Part shown: one piece after another, positions 57,101-64,000 of the stretch | Layout: every line of letters begins with the position of its first letter | Numbering within the stretch: the first letter of the stretch is position 1 | Assembly (NCBI GenBank): GCA_016187515.1 | Contig: JACPJN010000008.1 | Location: 4,525 to 68,524 of the forward strand | Direction of reading: 5' to 3' | DNA length: 64,000 bases | Source: Candidatus Uhrbacteria bacterium | GTDB taxonomy: Bacteria > Patescibacteriota > Patescibacteriia > GWA2-47-26 | Program-made: the position numbers and the translations under genes | Notes under the pieces: generated by a model | What the model was told of the DNA's origin: nothing | Seen by the model: the letters and a program-made list of their open reading frames with translations, nothing else | The model's database searches: none

Positions 57101-58078
57101 ATGCTAATCATTGAAGTAAAAAATCTTACCAAGAAGTACGAATACTATAAAAAGGCCCCTGGGCTTTTGGCATCGGTAAAAAGTTTATTCCATCGCGAAA
57201 AACTTTATACGAAGGCCGTGGACAATATCTCGTTTTCCGTTGAAGAAGGAGAATTAGTCGGTTTTTTAGGTCCCAATGGCGCGGGAAAGACCACCACGCT
57301 CAAGATGCTCTCCGGAATTTTATATCCGACAAGCGGCGAAGCGCGCGTACTGGGTTACACGCCCTGGGAGCGCAAGAAACAGTATCAAAAGCAATTTGCC
57401 ATTGTGATGGGACAGAAAAATCAGTTGTGGTGGGATTTGCCGGCGATGGACAGTTTTATTTTGAACAAGGAAATTTACGAGGTGCCTGATGCGCAATTCA
57501 AGCAGACGGTGGACGAACTGGCCGAACTTCTGGAAATTAAGGATATTCTTGACGTGCAAGTGCGCAAACTCTCGCTGGGCCAGCGCATGAAGTGTGAACT
57601 TATCGCGGCGTTGCTACATCAGCCAAAAGTGCTATTTTTGGATGAGCCGACCATTGGCCTGGACGTGGTGTCGCAGCAAAAAATGCGTGAGTTTATCAAA
57701 ACGTACAATGAACAGAAAAAAACCACGATTTTGCTAACCTCGCATTATATGGAAGACGTGGAGGCGCTGTGCAAGCGGATTATTATTATTGATCACGGTC
57801 AAATTCTCTATGACGGCGCGCTTGCGGATCTGATGGAAAAGTATGTGGATCATAAAGTGCTGACGGTAACCTTTACCAAGGCGGTGGAGCGTGGCGATTT
57901 GGAAAAATATGGCGAGATTAAGGAGAGCGCGCCCTTTCGGGCGCTACTCCACATTCCAAAAACGGAGGTTAAAAAGTCCGCCGCCGCGATTCTGACCAAA
58001 CTGCCGGTTGATGATATTTTGATTGACGAGGTGCCGGTGGAGGAGGTGATACGCAAGATTTTTACGGCACACAGATAG
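57101..58078 (+). CDS. ABC transporter ATP-binding protein
   Basis: GPNGAGKTT, LSLGQRM, LFLDEPT, TSH. Confidence 0.95.
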   Translation: MLIIEVKNLTKKYEYYKKAPGLLASVKSLFHREKLYTKAVDNISFSVEEGELVGFLGPNGAGKTTTLKMLSGILYPTSGEARVLGYTPWERKKQYQKQFAIVMGQKNQLWWDLPAMDSFILNKEIYEVPDAQFKQTVDELAELLEIKDILDVQVRKLSLGQRMKCELIAALLHQPKVLFLDEPTIGLDVVSQQKMREFIKTYNEQKKTTILLTSHYMEDVEALCKRIIIIDHGQILYDGALADLMEKYVDHKVLTVTFTKAVERGDLEKYGEIKESAPFRALLHIPKTEVKKSAAAILTKLPVDDILIDEVPVEEVIRKIFTAHR

Positions 58079-58115
58079 CCACGGATCGATGACCAGATTG
58101 CCACAGATCACGGAT

Positions 58116-59681
58116 ATGCGATTTCGTACTCTCGTTTTGATATTTCTTCTTGCCGAGCTTGTTTCATACACGGGATATTTTTTTCCAGCAATAAATACCG
58201 CGGGATTTTTTGTGACTGTGGCGGCGGCGTTGGTGCTATCGCTTAAGCGGCTGGAGTATGGATTGTATTTTGTATTGGCGGAATTGATTTTGGGAGGGAA
58301 AAGCGGAGCGCTGTTTTCTTTTGAATATGGGGGATTTTTTCTTTCGCTGCGCATGGCATTGTTTATCGTGATCATTGCAGTATGGTTTGCTAAAATGATC
58401 GGCCGCAAAAAGCTCACGATCGTGAGCTTTTTGCGGCAGCCATCTTTAAGATGGTGGGGCATTCTAGGTATCGCTGTGCTCTGGGGAATTATAGTTGGAC
58501 TTGCGCGCGGCAATGATTTTGGCAATGTGTTCCTAGATGCGAATGGATATTTTTATGCCGCATTAATTTTGCCAGTGTGGTGGGCGCTTAAGGGTGCGAA
58601 TTACGAATCCGTTGCGAATTCACGAATCTCGAATTCGGAGATTCGCAAATCCCAGTCGAATTCGCAATTCGCACCCCTCGGTACAGTGTTTTTTGCCGCC
58701 ACCACCCTCCTCGCGCTGAAGACGCTTTTTGCGGTGTATCTTTTTACCCACGCCGGCAGTAATTTTATTGGCGCGAATTTGGCGCCGTTTTATCGGTGGA
58801 TCAGGGATACCGGAGTAGGGGAGATTACTTGGCTGCCCGGAAATTTCGCAAGAGTGTTTTTCCAGAGTCAGATTTATAATGTGATGGCGTTTTTCGCGGT
58901 GCTGGTTATTCTGATGCGCACCCCCTCTCACTCCCCCTCGGAAAGGGGGAGAAATTGGTTGCAATTTCCTCCCCTTTTCAAGGGGAGGTTCGGAGGGGTC
59001 TTGATTCTCAATACCGCCGTCATCATTGTTTCCCTTTCCCGCAGTTTTTGGGTGGGGATGATCGCGGGATTGCTCGTGGTCGCGGTGGTCTCGGGCCGTA
59101 TCGGACGGATACGGCATATCGGACGCCTGGTCGGCCTCCTTGCGGGTTCCGCGGTCGCGGCAGTACTGCTGCTTCTTGCCTTCGCCCGTTTTCCATTCCC
59201 CAAACCGGCCCCGGCGGATTTGGGAACCGCGGTCCAAAGCCGGCTGGAAGCCGGAGACGCCGGACAAAGCCGCTGGAATCTTTTGCCGGCAATGTGGAGT
59301 ACCGTTCGTGAGCATCCAATCCTTGGCAGCGGATTTGGGCGCACGGTAACGTATATCTCGAATGATCCCAGAGTTCGTGAGGTTAGCCGTACCGGAGAAT
59401 ATACAACTTACGCTTTTGAATGGGGGTGGATTGACGTGTGGGTGAAGATGGGACTGATGGGACTTATAGGTCTTATCGGTCTTATGGGACGCATAGGAAT
59501 TATGCTCTACCGTCGGGCAAAAACTGACCCTCGGGCCTTGGCTGCTCTTGCAGTTCTCGCTGTTCTTGCTTCAATCAATATATTTACCCCCTACTTAAAT
59601 CACCCCTTGGGGCTGGGCATTTTAATCCTGCTTGCCGGGATAAGTATCGCTTGTCAGGAGAAGCGCCTTATGGTATCCTGA
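58116..59681 (+). CDS. O-antigen ligase/polymerase-like membrane protein with several in-frame repeats
   Basis: Multi-TM; SLSRSFW, R...W......HPILGSGFG; start 58089 or 58116. Confidence 0.8.
   Translation: MRFRTLVLIFLLAELVSYTGYFFPAINTAGFFVTVAAALVLSLKRLEYGLYFVLAELILGGKSGALFSFEYGGFFLSLRMALFIVIIAVWFAKMIGRKKLTIVSFLRQPSLRWWGILGIAVLWGIIVGLARGNDFGNVFLDANGYFYAALILPVWWALKGANYESVANSRISNSEIRKSQSNSQFAPLGTVFFAATTLLALKTLFAVYLFTHAGSNFIGANLAPFYRWIRDTGVGEITWLPGNFARVFFQSQIYNVMAFFAVLVILMRTPSHSPSERGRNWLQFPPLFKGRFGGVLILNTAVIIVSLSRSFWVGMIAGLLVVAVVSGRIGRIRHIGRLVGLLAGSAVAAVLLLLAFARFPFPKPAPADLGTAVQSRLEAGDAGQSRWNLLPAMWSTVREHPILGSGFGRTVTYISNDPRVREVSRTGEYTTYAFEWGWIDVWVKMGLMGLIGLIGLMGRIGIMLYRRAKTDPRALAALAVLAVLASINIFTPYLNHPLGLGILILLAGISIACQEKRLMVS
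58402..58437. repeat. 36-bp perfect palindrome in frame
   Basis: GCCGCAAAAAGCTCACGATCGTGAGCTTTTTGCGGC (RKKLTIVSFLR); core identical to 14111-14144. Confidence 0.95.
58592..58676. repeat. CGAAT/ATTCG hairpin in frame
   Basis: GGGTGCGAATT...AATTCGCACCC; encodes GANYESVANSRISNSEIRKSQSNSQFAP. Confidence 0.88.
58920..58999. repeat. ACCCCCTCTCAC...GGAGGGGT element in frame
   Basis: Encodes TPSHSPSERGRNWLQFPPLFKGRFGGV; close match to metG 50735-50808. Confidence 0.92.
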
Positions 59682-59689
59682 AAACGGCT

Positions 59690-60067
59690 ATGGGAGCGCG
59701 TATATTGATTATCGCGACCACGATATTTACGTGGCTGCTGTGGGGATTTGTGCTGATCCGTTTTGAGCCATCGGCCGGCGCGCCCTGGTCGCTAATTTTA
59801 TTTTATGGGACGCTGACCCTCGCGCTGTTTGGAACTTTTCTCAATATCGGAATGGCCTGGAATACTCGGAATCTTGGACGCCTCCCACTCGGCGGCGAAA
59901 CCGGAATCATTATTCGGCACGCGGTATTGCTGACGTTATTTATTCTGGTCATTTTAAATCTGGCGGCAATCCGTCTGCTGCGCGTCTGGAGCGTAATTCC
60001 GCTCGCGCTCTTGGTTATCCTGATTGAATTTTTTCTTGACTCGCTTATCCGACGCGGCGCCCGCTAG
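59690..60067 (+). CDS. Hypothetical four-TM membrane protein
   Basis: Four hydrophobic helices; TGgTATCCT upstream. Confidence 0.75.
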   Translation: MGARILIIATTIFTWLLWGFVLIRFEPSAGAPWSLILFYGTLTLALFGTFLNIGMAWNTRNLGRLPLGGETGIIIRHAVLLTLFILVILNLAAIRLLRVWSVIPLALLVILIEFFLDSLIRRGAR

Positions 60068-60080
60068 CCCGACCTATACT

Positions 60081-60191
60081 ATATTCGTGGTCATTCGTCA
60101 GGCCGCCTGGTAAGCGCCTCGCCGGAATACTGCGGTTTTGGCGGCCGTCTATTCGTGGATATTCGTGTAAACTGCGCAGGAGTTAATTCTT
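60081..60191. repeat. Inverted copy of 18451-18562, upstream of proS
   Basis: GGCGGCCGTCTATTCGTGGATATTCGTGT...CTGCGCAGG.GTTAATTCTT. Confidence 0.85.
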
Positions 60192-60206
60192 CAACACTCT
60201 CATCCT

Positions 60207-61469
60207 ATGCGACAATCTTTGCTTTTCGGAAAAACCCTGCGCGAGCTTCAAAGCGATGAGGTTAGCGTGAACGCGAAGCTGCTGCTGCGCGGCGGTTTTA
60301 TTGACAAACTCATGTCCGGCAGTTATACCTATCTTCCTTTGGGGCTGGCGGTTTTGCAAAACATCGCGGCGCTTATCCGCCAAGAGATGAACGCGATCGG
60401 CGGACAGGAGGTCTTAATGCCGGCGCTGCATCCCAAGGAGGCCTGGGAACAAACCGGACGCTGGAAAGATCCCGGGCGCGAGGTGATGTTCCAGTTTTCC
60501 GGGCGCGGCGATCGCCAGTACGGTTTGGGCTGGACCCACGAGGAGATTATTACTCCGCTCGCCAAAAAATTCGTTTCCTCGTATAAGGACTTGCCGCTTA
60601 AGCTCTACCAGATCCAGACGAAATTTCGCGATGAGCCGCGCGCGAAATCCGGCCTGCTGCGGGGACGCGAATTTATGATGAAAGATCTTTATAGTTTCCA
60701 CGGGAGCGAAACGGATCTGGATGAGTTTTATGAAAGGGCCAAGGGCGCGTATTTAAAAATTTTTAAGCGCGCGGGTCTGGAGGCGATTTTAACGGAAGCG
60801 TCCGGGGGCGCCTTTAGCCAGTATTCGCACGAGTTTCAGGTGGCCACCCCGGCGGGTGAGGATATTGTTATCACTTGCGCCGGCTGCGATTATGCTCAAA
60901 ATCGAGAAATCGCGAAACAGAAATCCGGTGATGCTTGTACGCGCTGTAAAGGCGAGATCCAGGCGCAGCGCGCCATTGAAGTCGGTAATATCTTCAAATT
61001 AAAAACGCGTTTTACCGAGGCCGTTCGTTTTACTTATCGCGGCGAAGACGGAACGAGCAATCCGGTGCTGATGGGCTGCTACGGAATCGGGCTGGGCCGG
61101 GTTATGGGCGCGATCGTCGAGGTACATCATGATGAGCGCGGCATCCTCTGGCCAGAGGCGGTCGCGCCATTTTCGGCGCACCTCCTGCGTCTGCAGCGCG
61201 ACCGGCGCCTCGGTAAGACCGCGGACGCACTGTACGCGTCTTTACAAAAATCCGGGTTTAGCGTATTGTACGATGATCGCGAGGAATCCTCGATTGGCGA
61301 AAAACTCGCTGACGCGGATTTAATCGGTATTCCGCTGCGCCTGGTAATCAGCGAAAAAACGCTTGAAAAAAATCAAATCGAAGTGAAGCTGCGCGGCGAG
61401 CCGGCGGCGGCGCTGATGCCGGAAAAAGATTTAATCAAATATCTTAAAACGGTTTTGGGCAGGGTTTGA
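60207..61469 (+). CDS. proS: Prolyl-tRNA synthetase (short, no editing domain)
   Basis: THEE, QTKFRDEPR..GLLRGREF.MKDLYSF, EVGNIF, MGCYGIG. Confidence 0.96.
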   Translation: MRQSLLFGKTLRELQSDEVSVNAKLLLRGGFIDKLMSGSYTYLPLGLAVLQNIAALIRQEMNAIGGQEVLMPALHPKEAWEQTGRWKDPGREVMFQFSGRGDRQYGLGWTHEEIITPLAKKFVSSYKDLPLKLYQIQTKFRDEPRAKSGLLRGREFMMKDLYSFHGSETDLDEFYERAKGAYLKIFKRAGLEAILTEASGGAFSQYSHEFQVATPAGEDIVITCAGCDYAQNREIAKQKSGDACTRCKGEIQAQRAIEVGNIFKLKTRFTEAVRFTYRGEDGTSNPVLMGCYGIGLGRVMGAIVEVHHDERGILWPEAVAPFSAHLLRLQRDRRLGKTADALYASLQKSGFSVLYDDREESSIGEKLADADLIGIPLRLVISEKTLEKNQIEVKLRGEPAAALMPEKDLIKYLKTVLGRV

Positions 61470-61506
61470 GCGCTATGCCCTTCACTACGGGGTTCTACTA
61501 CCGGAT

Positions 61507-62562
61507 ATGCTGGAGAAAATTTTCGGACATTTTTCCAAAGATGTCGGCATTGACTTGGGGACCGCCAATACCCTGGTGTACGTGCGCGATGCCGGGATTG
61601 TGATCAATGAACCCACGGTGGTCTCCATCAATACCCGCACGGATCAATTGGTGGCGGTCGGCTGCGCCGCGCGCGACATGATCGGCAAGACCCCGTCCTA
61701 TATTACCACCACCCGTCCGCTGATCAAGGGAATTATTTCGGATTTCGAAGTTACCGAAAAGATGCTGCGGCATTTCATCGAAAAGATTCACGCGGATACG
61801 ATGGCGTGGTATCCGCGCCCGCGCGTGGTCATCGGCGTGCCGCTGGACTTGACCGAAGTTGAACGCAAGGCCGTTGAAGACGCCGTGCTTTCCGCCGGAG
61901 CCCGGGCCGTTTATTTGGTTGAAGAACCCATGGCCGGCGCGATCGGCGCGCGCTTGCCGATTAAAGAAGCCGTGGGGACCATGCTGATCGACATCGGCGG
62001 GGGCGTTACGGAAATCGCGGTGCTCTCGCTTAGCGGAGCGGTAAATTGGCGCGTGATACCGATTGCCGGAAGCGAATTAAATCGCAGCATTATTCAGTAT
62101 GCCCGGGATATGTTCAACCTGCTCCTGGGGGAGCGCACCGCCGAGGAAATGAAAATTCGCATTGGTTCCGCGATTGAGCTGGCTACACCGCTCGAGGGTC
62201 CGATGCGCGGGCGCGACCTGTTAACCGGACTGCCGAAAGAAATTATGGTAACCGACAGCCAGATTCGCGAGGCAATTTCGCGGTCGGTAAAACAGATTAT
62301 TGAAAGCGTAAAACTTACCCTCGAGACCACCCCGCCGGAACTCGTTGCCGATATTTATGAACGCGGGATTGTCATGATGGGCGGGGGCGCGCTATTGCGC
62401 GGTCTGGATAAATTAATCGCCAAAGCGACCGAGATTCCGGTGCGCGTGGCGGATGATCCGCTTACTTGCGTAGTGCGGGGAACCGGGGTTATTCTTGAGG
62501 ATGACCTATTGCTGCATGAGATCGCGCTGCCCTCTCCTTCCACGGCCGGTATAATGCGCTAA
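61507..62562 (+). CDS. mreB: Rod shape-determining protein MreB
   Basis: GIDLGTANT, EEPMA, DIGGG, GGGALL. Confidence 0.96.
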   Translation: MLEKIFGHFSKDVGIDLGTANTLVYVRDAGIVINEPTVVSINTRTDQLVAVGCAARDMIGKTPSYITTTRPLIKGIISDFEVTEKMLRHFIEKIHADTMAWYPRPRVVIGVPLDLTEVERKAVEDAVLSAGARAVYLVEEPMAGAIGARLPIKEAVGTMLIDIGGGVTEIAVLSLSGAVNWRVIPIAGSELNRSIIQYARDMFNLLLGERTAEEMKIRIGSAIELATPLEGPMRGRDLLTGLPKEIMVTDSQIREAISRSVKQIIESVKLTLETTPPELVADIYERGIVMMGGGALLRGLDKLIAKATEIPVRVADDPLTCVVRGTGVILEDDLLLHEIALPSPSTAGIMR

Positions 62563-62585
62563 CATAATATTTGCCAGAGGTCTAT

Positions 62586-63401
62586 ATGCGCGGGTACGCG
62601 CGGGCGACGCGAGCAGTAATCCTTTTTTGTATCGGCCTCCTCGCGATTTTTGGGTTGGGCCGATTGCGCGCGGAAAATTATCCGCTCGCGTTTTTACGCC
62701 GCGTAGTTGATCCCGGCGCTACTTTGGCGCTGCAGCTGAAACAGCGGGTGTTTACCGGCCTGCGAGCGCTTACTGCCGGACCGCGGCTGCAGGGCGAAAT
62801 AGATCTTTTGCGGCGTGAATTTGCGCAGGTCGCCCAAGAAAACGCCCGCCTCTTGGAGCTTCGCGAGGAAAATGCTCGTCTGCGCCGCGTACTCGATTTC
62901 CGCGAGAAAAATGAATTGCGCGTTAGTATCGCCCGGGTGGTGGGAAAAACGTCGGTCGGCGGAACAACGTTTTTTACCCTTAATCAAGGCGCGGATGACG
63001 GGATTGCCCCGGGTTTCGCGGTTCTCGCGGATCAGGTCTTTGTCGGCAAAATTGTCAAAGTGAATTCGCGCTGGAGTATTGCCGCGCCGCTTACCGCTCC
63101 CGGAATCCGCACCGCCGCGACGCTTTCGGGCCATGAAAAGAACGCCGGAATTTTGGAGGGTGAACTTAATCTCGGCGCGGTCCTGCGCTTTATTCCCAAG
63201 GATGTAACGGTGCGCGAGGGCACGCCGATTATGAGCTCCGGACTGGAAGAAAACGTTCCGCGCGGCCTGCTGATTGGGCTCGTGGAGCGCGTTCTGTCTC
63301 AAGAGCAGGATCTTTTTCAAACTGCTTATCTCAAAGTCCCGCTGCGCCTGGAAGACGCCGCGCTGGTTAGTGTGATTATCGCGCCGGCCGCCTCGCTATA
63401 G
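62586..63401 (+). CDS. mreC: Rod shape-determining protein MreC
   Basis: ENARLRRVL, NQGADDGI..G, SSGL...P.GL.IG. Confidence 0.9.
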   Translation: MRGYARATRAVILFCIGLLAIFGLGRLRAENYPLAFLRRVVDPGATLALQLKQRVFTGLRALTAGPRLQGEIDLLRREFAQVAQENARLLELREENARLRRVLDFREKNELRVSIARVVGKTSVGGTTFFTLNQGADDGIAPGFAVLADQVFVGKIVKVNSRWSIAAPLTAPGIRTAATLSGHEKNAGILEGELNLGAVLRFIPKDVTVREGTPIMSSGLEENVPRGLLIGLVERVLSQEQDLFQTAYLKVPLRLEDAALVSVIIAPAASL

Positions 63402-63430
63402 AACTCCGGTGAATTATTAATTATTCAATT

Positions 63431-63952
63431 ATGCGAACTGTTCTCCGGCGCGCCGTATCCGGCCTCGGGCTCTTAATTATCGCCGGGGCCGTTTTAGCTC
63501 TGCTTAACAATCCGTACCTGAACGTCCCCGTGCTGTCGCTTATCGTGGTGCGGCTGATTGCCTCGCGATATTTCGCCCGCGTTTGGGCAATTTTGGTTGG
63601 CCTTATCGTGGAGATAAACTCGCCGTTTCCCGGACTGGTCTACGGAGTCAGCGTTCTTGCGGCCTACTTTTTCCTGGAAATATACGCGCTCCATTTCGTA
63701 AGCCGGCAGACCTTTCTGGGCGTCCTCATTTGCGGTTTGCTGACAGCAGCGGTCGCGGAAGCAACTATGCTGCTGCTGATATTTTTGAAAATCGGATCGC
63801 CCGCCGGATGGATTCCTCATCTGGATTGGGCGTATGGGATTTCCGCGCTTCGGCAGGGCGCGCTGACCTCCGGCGCGGCGGCGGTCATCGCGGTTTTTGG
63901 CATTCGCCGGTATTCTCCGCGTTTGCGGGGCACGGTGATTGCCAGTAGATAA
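63431..63952 (+). CDS. MreD-like membrane protein
   Basis: Multi-TM protein directly after mreC. Confidence 0.6.
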   Translation: MRTVLRRAVSGLGLLIIAGAVLALLNNPYLNVPVLSLIVVRLIASRYFARVWAILVGLIVEINSPFPGLVYGVSVLAAYFFLEIYALHFVSRQTFLGVLICGLLTAAVAEATMLLLIFLKIGSPAGWIPHLDWAYGISALRQGALTSGAAAVIAVFGIRRYSPRLRGTVIASR

Positions 63953-64000
63953 AAATGGATTTAGCCATCCTGCAATTCCGCAGAATCGCAGACACCATAA

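Noticed and set aside
60068-60206. T-box leader for proS
   Set aside because: No T-box AAGGTGGNACC motif; the sequence is an inverted copy of the element before zwf.

Overview
Chromosomal segment, almost entirely + strand and read in the standard bacterial code (TGA used as stop). The gene set suggests a Patescibacteria/CPR (Parcubacteria-like) genome; this taxonomy is an inference. Contents in order: (1) a type IV pilus cluster (pilX-like fragment, pilM/N/O, pilB, receiver domain, pilC, pilins, pilD, minor pilins); (2) ligA, a PaaX/Cas2-like gene, a lipoprotein, gatC-gatA, lgt; (3) pentose-phosphate genes (zwf, gnd, tal, pgi/pmi) with a four-helix-bundle gene inside; (4) dnaG-rpoD and tRNA-Asn; (5) a ~12.5 kb accessory/defence island (NYN, zeta-like kinase, RadC, Phd/RelE, BcgI-like RM with an embedded gene, GIY-YIG, Panacea TA) whose modules are separated by long direct repeats; (6) ECF sigma/anti-sigma, uvrD, iscS, thiI, rsmI, metG, cvpA, tatD, GT2, an ABC-2 exporter, O-antigen ligase-like gene, proS and mreBCD. 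The most striking signal is several families of short palindromic elements. They sit in frame inside core genes (ligA, uvrD, iscS, thiI, metG x3, tatD, GT2, O-antigen ligase, pilD, pilin leaders), nest inside each other, supply stop codons, bracket gene blocks and have invaded a tRNA copy. Two families also flank a small candidate cognate gene (PaaX/Cas2-like; four-helix bundle). Also noted: a ~400 nt highly structured minus-strand ncRNA candidate between rsmI and metG, and widespread near-leaderless promoters. All family calls come from reading motifs by eye; no database search was run.
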